DNA of 44,588 nt from Hydrurus foetidus (lineage: Eukaryota), in contig UYFQ01000058.1 in the NCBI GenBank assembly GCA_900617105.1, positions 1-44,588 of the forward strand. Reading direction: 5' to 3'. This document shows positions 1 through 12,116 of this stretch, piece by piece. A model generated the notes under the pieces. That model was not told the DNA's origin. It did no database searches and worked only from the letters and a program-made list of their open reading frames with translations. The position numbers and the translations under genes were made by a program. Numbering within the stretch: the first letter of the stretch is position 1; each line of letters starts with the position of its first letter.

Positions 1-3000
1 TTACAGACTTTTGACTTCTTTTTTATTCTACCTTTTCCGTAGACTGACTGCCACGTATACCCGCTTATAACACTAGCTGCCGCACCCGTCGGTGCTATGG
101 CCAATGCTGAACCGTATAAACCCTTCTGTTTCCCATGACATATTTGTGTATATTCCATTATCAAGCTAATAAGGAATGATTTACCAGTACCACCTTCGCC
201 AGTTACAAACATTAACATCTGACTATTCTTCTCGCCACTTATGTACTCGACTGCAATATTATATGCTTTCAGTTGCTGTTGTGTTAGTCTACCTACATTC
301 AATTGTAACGTATTTAATCTTTCGTCATGATTGTCTACTCTACAATATATATTACAACCATATGTTATATCATCACTAATAGATGTAGACTGTATTGAGT
401 TTATTTGTCTCAAGTTTTCTATATGTTTATTTTGAATAGTCTGGATAAAATTTTGACAATATCGCATATTTGCAGCCGTAAGATTAATCAGACATTCAGT
501 GCTCAGATTATTGGAATTTACTGGTATACTTATACTGTCGCCAAATTGAGCCATATGACTTTCATCTATGACATAGCTGTTTTCATCACTACTGTTATTG
601 TATAAATATTCATCAGTAGATTCTCCACTGTCAGTTATATTTGTTCCCACATTTTCTCTAATAAGATTTGAGTTGTGCAGTAACTCTAAAGTGTAATTGA
701 CATAAGAAGGAATATCACCATTTCTCTTCAAGTCGTACAAACATTCGACAGCACAGTCACAACCACGTAATAATTCTTCTTCGCCACCACTAGGCCATGG
801 AATATGAACAAGTAGAGTTGAGTAACATGAACGTTCATCGCTATCATTAACAGGTACATATGGACAAAGATTAATTACACAATCCTTTCTTAATCGTGTG
901 TAAACTGTACTATTAATCATAAATTTGTGATTTTTCGATGTAGATATAATAATACCACGATCATCGATACGTAATAATGCCGGAGCGGGGTATACTTTTT
1001 TATTTTCAATACTAACGGTGTATGATGTGTACAACGAAAATAATGACACATAACATTTACCGTCATATGTTTCTCTTTGCTGAATAACAAGACTCTGATA
1101 TGCCAACCGCTTACCCAGCGCAGAATTAGGACCAGATTCAATAGCTGAAGCTGAACTTTCAAGCTGACCAATAACTTCAGCCCTAGTTTTAAGACCTCGA
1201 TTCAGTTCGTCACCTAATAAATATTTAATAAGGCGGATTTATATAAAAAACGATAAATTAAACAGCGATTATAGAAAATACATATACAATCAATATATAT
1301 ACTTACGGTGTAGCGGATTAAGATTAATAACAGCCCGTGATGACTTAACTATCTTCAAACCCAATAATGAATAACAAGCCTGAACAGAACCAACCGGACT
1401 ACTTCCCAAAATAGCGCTACCAACGGCATACAAGCGCTGTCGGTCAGTAACAACGCGGCTATTATCAATAATATATTTGATTTTCTTAGCGTAAATATTA
1501 GCCATAACTTTTTATCTGGCTCCTCAGCTTTTGATGCGTACGATGCAACATATTCTGCGGCACCTACACTGTTGCCAATGTACTGAATGTCATGATTGCC
1601 TCCATGTGCAACAGTTATTAGCGGACTATGTAAAGTACCATTCAAATAAGCATTATTTCTTTCAGGAATTACGGACACCCTTATTCTGCTTTTCTTATCA
1701 CGATCTCGTCTGATAATAGGCTCGAAAATACAGCCATCAGTAACCCAGGGGAAACCGAATTTACACACTTGATTGTGGGCAAAGCAATACTTAAAACAAG
1801 TAAAGCAACAACGATGAAATTGTGTTGCTATTTGTAGATTGCGATATTGGTATTGTACATTAATGTCGGTAAATACTCCGTCACTGCTCCTTTCGTAATT
1901 CAATCAAGGATTAAAAGGTACCCTACAAGGGTGACCCTCATCACGGAAGTATTCCCTACATGGATTCCAAAGAAAGTCAGTTGTATCCAACTCCTGTTCA
2001 CTACTGTTCACTACAGTATCGCTGCTATTAACAGAAACATTAGCTACCAAATTCGCGCTGACAATGTTTTTCAAATAATTTTTGACTTTATTCTGTTCAC
2101 CAAAATCCTCACTATCGATTGTATCGGCATCAATACCATCCACTTTGGAAATACATAATAAACTGTGGACATGTGGTGTGCCACGAGCCTGGTACTGTAT
2201 TGTAGAAAGATAAATTAGACAAGTATAAACTTATGCAATATATTATACATATGGTATAATAATGCCCATATATATAAAAAATACCTCAACGCGCCGCCAA
2301 TAATCAGTAACTTCTCCAAAAGGCTTAGCCTCACCCATCACAAGATACTTCCAAATACAATCCTGTTTAAATTCAAACAGGCGTGCTACGAGCGCTGGAT
2401 GGCTACGCAGCAAGTCTATTCGTGCAGCAGAATCAGCACCTTGACCTGTAAGTAAAAATGCACTAGTTACAAAAAAAATATACTACAAACACAAAAAAAA
2501 ACCAAATAATTACCTTAATAACTCTTGAGTCCCAATATTCAGAACTACTATCATTTATGTGACTCTGCACAACTTCAAAAAAGCGACTATCATAGAGATC
2601 TGCAGGTGCGACAGTAAAAAATAATCGCCACAAACCCAACTTATTAATAATTGGGGACGGAATCATAGCCATAAGTTTCGTTCTTTCATACGATATATGC
2701 GTTGCAGTCCCTTGCAAAGAATTAGAATATGGAATTAACCGTTTAATCAATTTTTGCATTTCCCGTTCATCATGCTTAAACGGCAATGCATTAGCTGATG
2801 CATCACTAAGCACGTTAGTTAAGCCATTACTCTCAACGGCGGTCGATATTGATTCTTCAAGATAACTTAATAATTTGTTAATATCACTAATATTTGGCAC
2901 TTCCTCAACTTCGGATGTACCGTCATAGTTCTTTTTTGAGCCACAAACGCAACGCCCCCTAACTTTCTTCGCATCTCCATTGAATACATATTAAAAATAA

Positions 3001-5405
3001 AGCCAGCTGACTGTTGAAACCTCCTAGCTGAAGGTCCACCACCTAAACACAACATGTGTTTCGTGTATTTTGCGTTACTAATCATACCACACGACTTGTC
3101 GCTAGGACACCCACGACCGTACGGATACAGACAAGCAAAACACCGCGATAGATAATACTCAGGATTTTGGAACTGACATACAAATTCATGTAGCGTGTTC
3201 CTCTCATACGTAGACTGTGATGGGTCAATAAGTGCACTGCATATACCCTCAATATGTGATACCAACGAGTCAGGTGACTCCAACAAAATTTCGTGCTCTT
3301 TTCCTGCTGAAACTATTATGATATTGTTGAAAATGTCAGTCTCAAATATTAGCAATAGTAACACATAGTGACACAACATAGTTAAATAATACCTGTATTA
3401 GTAGTGTATTCATCAGAAACTTCGTCGTCTGCAACATTACCACCATCAATATCACAAGCCTCATCATCAGTTAGTTCAATAAAGGAATATCAACTGGTAT
3501 TGTCGTTTCCTGCCAATATTTAACATTAATAGGCCAGATAATCTCGATATCACAATACAAGTGATTGTGCTCCTTCAACCAATTTAATGCCGAATAGACC
3601 CTAAACGGTCGATACTTGTACTCCTTTCCAACATCAGTTTTTTTGTGACGCATAACAGCTGTATCCTCAATGGACGGCATGCGTGGTAAGTGCTTCGCAA
3701 CACTAGTTAAATCATTAATGATAGTGTAGCTGGTTCCACCTTTAACTTTGTAGTGCTTTCCACCCGCCAAAAACATTTTCGTCACAGAAGAATAGATATT
3801 TATCATGCTTTCTTCGACGCGGATTAAACCAATCAACTCAACTGGTATGGTTCCGGCAAATAACCCATTGAATAAAGCGAGTTTAGGAACACAATAACTT
3901 CGAACTGCAGACCCTTGATTACAGCTAGATGTAGCAACAACTTCACTACATGTAGGAGATAACTTGCATTCTTCACCCTCGTACATCATCTCGAATTGCT
4001 CCATAGTGTGATCGGAACCTTGAATATCAGGGATGGCGGCGTCCGCGAAACCTAATGCCGAGTCAGAAATGACTCCACACTTTTTTTGCTTTTAAGCTGA
4101 TCACAGCAACTACTACACAAGTATGTACAACCGATAATAATACCATCTTCAAAAACCCTCAAAAGATCATCATCAAACATACAGTCATACGTTGACATAT
4201 ATGGTTGGACCGTTGTCAAAAGTTTGAACTTTGCCGTCAACCCTGACGCATCGATAATATGCTGCATATCAGTGATAAGCTTAGCACCAATACCAGGACC
4301 TTCCAGGCCACAGATCCCACAGACAATAAACCTTGTCAATAAATCATAATTCTTCGCATAAAGTGACGCATCAATTGCACAAGATGACCAGCTAAAAGGA
4401 TTTGTAATACTTCTCCTTGTAGATGCGCGCCTTTCAATTCGAAGCCTTCTGTTTGTCCGCTTAGCACAATCCAGAAAAGGTAGGCGTCCGCCGTGACATG
4501 TACTGAGTAGATTTAGTTGACAATACCATTTCGCCAAGACATTCCAAATTAACACTCGACACACGTTTACGTAAAAGCCGCCTTCGTTGCGCAAGAGATA
4601 TAGATGTATTATACTCATGTATTTGACGACCAAGATAAGATAAGGAGCTGTCAACGCTGCACAGACCCACAAAATTGCCCCCAGATGACCAATCAACTAA
4701 AGCGTCGTAATGGTTGAAACCAGTGTACAAAAGATAGATCTCACTAGTGTTCGAATCAAACCCAATACACCTGTAAGTTCCCAGCAACGTAAAATAACGC
4801 TTCCCCGATACAGGCACATAAATGCGAATGCCAACAGAAAACATTTCCGCAGCAGTAGAAATCTCAATGACAGATCCCCACTCCATGCGATCCAGCATTT
4901 TGGCGCAGTAACTGCTACACGTGTACCCGTCCATTCCAACAGCCTCAGATAATGTCCGTTGCTCATCCGGTGAAATACTGATAACCACATCTTCGTCATC
5001 GCGGATGTAACTACAAATCTGCTCCCGAAAACCAGACATATCATCGTGAATACTGGGCACTATGCCATCATAACTTAAACAAAAACTTAGCGAATGAAAA
5101 AGGCAACTGTTGTCACCTCTCTGCGGAACAACTCGGGCATCACTCAAAATACTACAACGCTCCATAACACGGTGTGGACAAGACTAGTCAGCCAAAAAAT
5201 GCTTCGGTACGAGCTCATAGAGTAACACGTCATTAATACGTCGACACTGAATTAAAGCTAGCTTCAGTTCAACACAAAAACCGAGAAGACAAAGTAAGAG
5301 AGGGTTGCGTCGTGCGGTAAATTACATACCGTCTCTGACTCTTTGTTTTGTTGAGGTTTCGGTAATCCACTTTTTTTCACGGCTTCACAACGCACATTCT
5401 TTCAT
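1..5405 (-). mobile_element. Helitron RepHel gene (Helentron/Helitron2-like, OTU-bearing), intron-containing, disrupted; continues past left edge; element ends not located
   Basis: Ordered minus-strand domains: OTU-like protease (RGDNSCLFHSL...WGSVIEI...YTGFNHYDAL, 4690-5140); DUF6570-like segment (PKLALFNGL...VYSALNWLKEHNHLY); Helitron N region (FACLYPYGRG, FFTVAPADL); Rep motif 2 VE|YQARGTPHVH split by intron 2195-2284; motif 3 EYVASYASKAE; helicase Walker A TGEGGTGKS (~177-203) and APTGAAA (~75-95). Other GT-AG introns at 2446-2512 and 1214-1306. Several frameshifts and in-frame stops. Confidence 0.92.
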
Positions 5406-5759
5406 AGTCAACACTACAACACATCATATACTCAATATCACAGCTCAGTCGGTGCAAATAGTTATTCTGTGCCACTCAGATTTCTGGATAGCTGTTACCT
5501 TGAATCGCCAAGTTCCCGGAGGTTTTTCCAAGCGCCTCAACTGGCACTTAGAACTTCGAATCTGCGCGTCGACCTATTGATTTCAAGATATATCCAGGTC
5601 AACAGCTCAGTGAAATGACTGAAGGAATTTGCTGGTATCTTGAGATTGCATTTGATTACTATCGTATGTAAGGATGAGTTCTAAACATTGTCCGGAGATT
5701 TCTGAGGTGTCCATCATTTTGATTCTCACTGTACCAAATCTCGTCTTGTTAGGACTGTC

Positions 5760-7080
5760 ATGGACTCTTTGAGCAGAGAGTACTGCGCCTTCACAGTAGC
5801 GATAGTAATGGTTTTACACCCTCTGATAACTCAACCAGGAAATACTCAATTCTCCCCGTACGAGCTGTCTTTTGAAGTGAAGAACTCGGAATATGGTGCA
5901 TTACCCGACTTTGCTGTCAATGCTCTATCACTTCACCAGGGTTTTCATTTATTTAAGAAATCGATTCGGAAACTTGGACACAATCTTAAACAAATGGGAT
6001 GCAAAGGAGTCCCCTCAGTTGTAAATTTCATGGACTTACCAGAGGCTGAAATCGGTTGGGACATTATCTTTTTTCATTCAGATCAATCTGTCATCACGGG
6101 ATAAGAAATAGCTGCAAAAATCAGATCAAATGCACATTTCTTCATGAGCCAAAAAGGGTTGGAAGCACATCATTCCTCACTCTCTGAAATTGCTGCTGTT
6201 ATTTGGCAGAGGCAGCTTCCAACATGTAGGCCTCCTCCGGAGGCGCCAGTAACTGAATGCAGTTGGCATCTACAAGAATGTAAAAAGGACATTCTTGAGT
6301 GCGGAATAAATTTACGAATTGACTTCTGATTTTCTCGAATTGGCGTCGTAGTAATCGAAATCAAAGACTCAGATGCGCAACTCACCGTGCAAATTGCTCG
6401 CATTTCTCTTCATTCCACAGCGCTCGCCTTTCTTGATTTTAATGTCCTTGTCAAACGCAAACAGGCCGGTAGCATGGCTTCTGAAGTGCAGGATAGGTAT
6501 CATCCTGCGAAATGATGAATGCAGCGACAAATTGATTTCAGAAATCTCCGGACATTTCGCAATTGATTTCTTGGTACATGATTATAGTAGAAAATGACGG
6601 ACGCTAGACTGTGACATCTTTCCTTCAATTCAACTTCGACGATTTCGTAGGAAACTCATGAATATCAGCACCACTGACAAAGGTCCCTGCTACAGACTGA
6701 AAAATATGCAACGGAAGGATTCCTCATCACGCTAGATGAAGGAAGACGTGAGCGTCCCAAATCTACAAAGGTCACCTGTGAGATCTGTAGCGGCTAATTC
6801 AATATTGTGTGTCTACTGTGCCGAGATGTGAAAAATGTGATGCTCACATCGATCGAAAATAATGACCGACAGAAGCCGGATAACGCAACACCCCACTCAA
6901 ACGAAATAAAACAAAGAGTCGGAGACGGTAATGCGATTCACCCAGACTCCATTAGACCCCCCATATCACCCAAACTCAATTAGACCCCCCAATCGACAAA
7001 CCACTTAGAACCCCCCAATCGTCGAAACCACATTAGACCCCCCGGATAGTCGGGACCCCCTTAAAAATTAGACCCCCTAA
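5760..7080 (+). pseudogene. Unidentified decayed coding remnant, possibly a DNA transposon with a C-terminal Cys-rich finger
   Basis: Collinear + frame 5760-6329 broken by a single stop; later TKVTCEICSG*FNIVCLLC (~6764-6820); followed by repeated ATTAGACCCCC motifs. No catalytic motif recognised. Confidence 0.25.
6949..7080 (+). repeat. Cluster of about 6 (A)TTAGACCCCC-type motifs, resembling transposon subterminal repeats
   Basis: attagacccccc, attagacccccc, ttagaacccccc, attagaccccc, gggaccccc and attagaccccc within ~130 bp. Confidence 0.7.
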
Positions 7081-7125
7081 AACCATTCTGGGACTGCAGG
7101 AATACGGTCCAAGCATGTGAAAAAA

Positions 7126-7298
7126 TTAACTGTCAATTAATTGTACCGACAGGCTTCCTTAACAATCAATAATTGCAATTATCATTTAAAGCCATACAAT
7201 TATTGGATATTGTACAATTAATTGTACAATTAATTAAGTAATTAATTGTACAATTAATTAAGTACGATTGAATTGTACAATTAATTGTACAATTAATT
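7126..7298. repeat. hAT left subterminal palindromic repeats (ACAATTAATTGT / AATTGCAATT)
   Basis: Dense tandem and overlapping palindromic motifs just inside the left TIR. Confidence 0.85.
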
Positions 7299-7684
7299 TC
7301 TTGCTACTGATACAATCTACTCACCATACAAGTTCCGGCTTGCCTAGTGGTTTGTCGTCTGGATCTTCCTGCCCCTTAGATCGGGGGTTCAAATCACCCA
7401 GCTACTTGGTGCGCGCAGGGTTAGAGTGGACTACACCGTTTAATGAAAAAGTCCCTGGTTTGAATTATGGGGTAAAGCCAGAAGGGTCAGATATTGCGCA
7501 AGGTACGGAGTCATACAGTTCGGTTTAGTAAGAAGGGTTCTGCCTTCAAAGCTTCCGGCTGAGAGCTGTGCGGAGTAACATCACACCTTAAAGGGAAATC
7601 TTTTGTATTGTGTCGGCTTATGTTATGTTACTAGTTATAATCAAGAGAAGACATGTAGGGGAATGACTGTACACAGGAGTCTTG

Positions 7685-8765
7685 TTAAACATTTGCAAAT
7701 TCTTCGTCGCTGAAGTCGGAATCCGGGTCCTCCAGCTCGACCTCCTCGTCTTCCTCAGGTTCAGGGAGATCTGCATCGTTGTCTTCACCTATGAAGACAT
7801 TCTCGTGCTGACCCAATGCCTCAGCGTCTAAGTCGGCTAAGAAAGCGACTAGTTCCGCAAATGCTACTCCTCCATCTCCTGCTACGACAGGTGCCGCTTG
7901 ATCATCTGCTACAGCTGCAGCGGCTACGACGACTCTTCTCCGTGGATTTGTTCTGCATTTGAATATTAGATGAGAATCCCACAAGTCTCTATTGCACTTC
8001 AAAAACATCACGAGCTCCATATGCGCCTGTGTCATGCTCTTTCTATCCTCACGCCAAACTTTCCTTGTGATGGAAAATAGGCGCTCTACGACACACGTAT
8101 CGGCCTTGACGAATGCCAAATTGGAAACTTGCATTATAGGAATCTCCCTTCGAGCTCGTTTCATCAGAGCCTCGAAATTGTCGCCTTCATCGACAGGTAC
8201 GGCTTCCGGTACAGGGAGAATTTCGACTGCACTCAGGAACGGTACTAAGGCTGCTTTCTCACCCACAGTCAGCATATTCTCTTGGCCACTTTGGATCTTA
8301 ACAACCGCACTTTCGAAAGGACGCCATTGGTGATCTGTGAAATCTGTTGACAACTTCGGTTGTGTCACAGGAAATTTATCACATAGCCAGTCTAGCGCAT
8401 ATCGTGCTTCGTACAAAGTCCCCTCCGCTCTCTGCAGCCCTTTTGAAATGGATTCAAACTTTTTCAGGTGATCAAACAGGCTGATCAATCGGGCCTCCTG
8501 GACTGGACTCGGTAGAAGAATCAAAATTTGATTGAGAACATTCCATGGATGAACGTTCAGGTACGGCCTGATTGCCAAATACTGCTTTACCATCCGGAAG
8601 GTGCCGCTCCATCTGATCTCATGTTGTCGAACAGGCCTTAACTTACAACCTCCCGCCCTCAGCCGCCCACAGTTTTTCTTTGAGGATAGGGCTACCATGA
8701 GTGAATTCACGAGTTCTAGTTCCACCTTGTATGGTATCAAGAATACCTTAACCCCCAAATTCAGC
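7685..8765 (-). CDS. hAT transposase, C-terminal half (insertion domain, catalytic E, dimerisation region, acidic tail)
   Basis: RLNLGVK...EIRWSGTFRM...CVVERLFSITRKVWREDRKSM...VMFL..NRDLW; joins in frame to the 16843-17600 part once the P element is removed. Confidence 0.93.
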
Positions 8766-8772
8766 CTGTGAG

Positions 8773-8838
8773 CAAGGGGCTATAAAAGGAGAGGGGGCAC
8801 TTACCGGGCTCCGGCTCGCTCAGATTTTTCTCACACCG
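8773..8838 (+). repeat. Left TIR of P-like element
   Basis: caaggggctataaaaggagagggggcacttaccgggctccggctcgctcagatttttctcacaccg matches the reverse complement of 16777-16842 at 63/66. Confidence 0.95.
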
Positions 8839-9372
8839 GCCGCACTCAGCATTCAAATACCAGTAGCTATAGTCAGCTTTTTATCTGTCGAAGTTGCACT
8901 CTTTAGATACTGCCCTTCGGCTGCAGAAGTTGCTCGTTCGCCAGCGTTTTTTCGTTTCGAGCACAGCGTTAGCCTCGCTACATTTTGATGTAAGCAAGGT
9001 TTTTCTGTGCTAGCAATCGATTCAGAATCGTGCCCCCACTAACTTCCATTTATTCTTGATTCCTCGTGTCGTTCACTGCAATCCTGTCGATCCGGTCTGC
9101 ACTAAGCTGGTCAATTCCTTGTTGAATACGACGAAAAATTGAATGGGCAGCCTTAGTGCAGGCCGTATCGAAAATGTCAACATTTGTTTTGCGCATCCAC
9201 ATTATTTGCTGCTGGCGGACAAGATTGCAGCTAGTCATGCGTATCACTATCCTACCGACAAACAGAAGTAGCCTTAAATGAACTATTTGATCACCGTCTC
9301 TCGGGACTTTGTTTCTTTTGGTGAAAAACTGACTAAAATTCCACTTTCCCACATACCTTTTCCCGCAGAGTT

Positions 9373-9750
9373 ATGTCTCAGTCAACCGCAAATGGCTTTG
9401 AGCTGATGGGCATATTTATTTCTGCTATGGATCAGCATTACGGTGCAGCTCTTATCTCGAATCCATCGTTGAGTGGCATGCCCGGCGAGGCACTCCTCCA
9501 ACCTCTGTTAGACCGATATCATCCTCTCTGCAGCCGGGACTTTCGTCGTGCAGTTTGTCCTTTTTTGAGATCTCTGGGTAGAACAATACGTCTCACCAAC
9601 GTGTTCGACACCCATAATATGTGTTTAGTTAGAGGCTCTAATATTAGCAAGCTGAGAGTTAGTTTCAGATATGGAGACATATTCTCCATCAGAGAATTTG
9701 ATCTCTCTGATTTGAGTTCCGTATTATTTGATCTATCGACTGGAAAGAAA
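9373..9750 (+). CDS. Probable first exon of the P-element transposase gene (126 codons, unknown domain)
   Basis: ATG at 9373; a consensus GTGAGT donor follows exactly after codon 126 (phase 0); the next acceptor is CTGTAG at 9877, in the first repeat unit. Confidence 0.55.
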
Positions 9751-9816
9751 GTGAGTATCTTTTTTGCCTCATTGTAACAGCATCTTATCTTATCTGTCAT
9801 CGCGATTGCATTGCAG

Positions 9817-11698
9817 TGATATGCGTGTACTTCTACTTGTGTTTCTAGTAGCTGACATCTACTGCATTATACTGTAGGTACACGTACGTTCTCCGCCCTA
9901 CTTTGGGGTGAGCCCTGGGGTGCCAAGCACCCCACACCAAGCTTTGATATCCAATGAGGTATGAGATATATATGTAAAGTGCATTGTATCAGAACGTCAA
10001 TGATATGCGTGTACTTCTTGATGTGTTTCTAGTAGCTGACATCTACTGCATTATACTGTAGGTACACGTACGTTCTCCGCCCTACTTTGGGGTGAGCCCT
10101 GGGGTGCCAAGCACCCCACACCAAGCTTTGATATCCAATGAGGTATGAGATATATATCTAAAGTGCATTGTATCAGAACGTCAATGATATGCGTGTACTT
10201 CTTGATGTGTTTCTAGTAGCTGACATCTACTGCATTATACTGTAGGTACACGTACGTTCTCCGCCCTACTTTGGGGTGAGCCCTGGGGTGCCAAGCACCC
10301 CACACCAAGCTTTGATATCCAATGAGGTATGAGATATATATGTAAAGTGCATTGTATCAGAACGTCAATGATATGCGTGTACTTCTTGATGTGTTTCTAG
10401 TAGCTGACATCTACTGCATTATACTGTAGGTACACGTACGTTCTCCGCCCTACTTTGGGGTGGTGCCAAGCACCCCACACCAAGCTTTGATATCCAATGA
10501 GGTATGAGATATATATGTAAAGTGCATTGTATCAGAACGTCAATGATATGCGTGTACTTCTTGATGTGTTTCTAGTAGCTGACATCTACTGCATTATACT
10601 GTAGGTACACGTACGTTCTCCGCCCTACTTTGGGGTGGTGCCAAGCACCCCACACCAAGCTTTGATATCCAATGAGGTATGAGATATATATGTAAAGTGC
10701 ATTGTATCAGAACGTCAATGATATGCGTGTACTTCTTGATGTGTTTCTAGTAGCTGACATCTACTGCATTATACTGTAGGTACACGTACGTTCTCCCCCT
10801 ACTTTGGGGTGAGCCCTGGGGTGCCAAGCACCCCACACCAAGCTTTGATATCCAATGAGGTATGAGATATATATCTAAAGTGCATTGTATCAGAACGTCA
10901 ATGATATGCGTGTACTTCTTGATGTGTTTCTAGTAGCTGACATCTACTGCATTATACTGTAGGTACACGTACGTTCTCCGCCCTACTTTGGGGTGAGCCC
11001 TGGGGTACCAAGCACCCCACACCAAGCTTTGATATCCAATGAGGTATGAGATATATATGTAAAGTGCATTGTATCAGAACGTCAATGATATGCGTGTACT
11101 TCTTGATGTGTTTCTAGTAGCTGACATCTACTGCATTATACTGTAGGTACACGTACGTTCTGCGCCATACTTTGGGGTGAGCCCTGGGGTGCCAAGCACC
11201 CCACACCAAGCTTTGATATCCAATGAGGTATGAGATATATATGTAAAGTGCATTGTATCAGAACGTCAATGATATGCGTGTACTTCTTGATGTGTTTCTA
11301 GTAGCTGACATCTACTGCATTATACTGTAGGTACACGTACGTTCTCCGCCCTACTTTGGGGTGAGCCCTGGGGTACCAAGCACCCCACACCAAGCTTTGA
11401 TATCCAATGAGGTATGAGATATATATCTAAAGTGCATTGTATCAGAACGTCAATGATATGCGTGTACTTCTTGATGTGTTTCTAGTAGCTGACATCTACT
11501 GCATTATACTGTAGGTACACGTACGTTCTTCGCCCTACTTTGGGGTGAGCCCTGGGGTACCAAGCACCCCACACCAAGCTTTGATATCCAATGAGGTATG
11601 AGATATATATGTAAAGTGCATTGTATCAGAACGTCAATGATATGCGTGTACTTCTTGATGTGTTTCTAGTAGCTGACATCTACTGCATTATACTGTAG
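9817..11698 (+). repeat. 184-bp tandem array (10 full units + partial); each unit parses as an 81-nt exon + ~103-nt intron
   Basis: Unit starts 9817, 10001, 10185, 10369, 10544, 10719, 10902, 11086, 11270, 11454, 11638; two units carry a 9-bp deletion and one a 1-bp deletion. Each unit has a GCTGAC branch-point motif, a CTGTAG acceptor and a GAG|GTATGA donor. Confidence 0.95.
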
Positions 11699-11712
11699 GG
11701 TAACCCCCATAC

Positions 11713-12075
11713 TTTGGGGGTTACCCTGGTGTCCCTATGACTATGTACTCTGGAGCTGGTGTCCCTGAGGTATTTTCTTGCTTTCAAAGTGTTATTTGAC
11801 TTTGCGAACGCGATTGTACTGTCATCCTGATGAGTGTTCTCTCTTGTCTGCTACTGTCACACAGAGTCCGGGTACTATATCCCCCCCCTTTGGGGGTTAC
11901 CCTGGTGTCCCTATGACTATGTACTCTGGAGCTGGTGTCCCTGAGGTATTTTCTTGCTTTCAAAGTGTTATTTGACTTTGCGAACGCGATTGTACTGTCA
12001 TCCTGATGAGTGTTCTCTCTTGTCTGCTACTGTCACACAGAGTCCGGGTACTATATCCCCCTCCTTTTGGGGTAA
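11713..12075 (+). repeat. 176-bp tandem repeat (2 units), also exon+intron shaped
   Basis: CACACAG acceptor, exon SPGTISPPFGGYPGVPMTMYSGAGVPE (27 codons), GAG|GTATTT donor. Confidence 0.9.
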
Positions 12076-12116
12076 CCCTTTATTAGTCATTCACTAAATT
12101 TATTATCTACCATCAG

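Noticed and set aside
7345..7410. tRNA-like look (ctagtggttt...gggggttcaaatcaccc)
   Set aside because: A-box-like and T-loop-like motifs are present, but I could not build a convincing acceptor stem; it lies in the hAT 3' region. tRNAscan-SE would settle it.
9817..11698. CRISPR-like array
   Set aside because: Units are near-identical over their full length with no unique spacers, no cas genes are present, and the context is eukaryotic.
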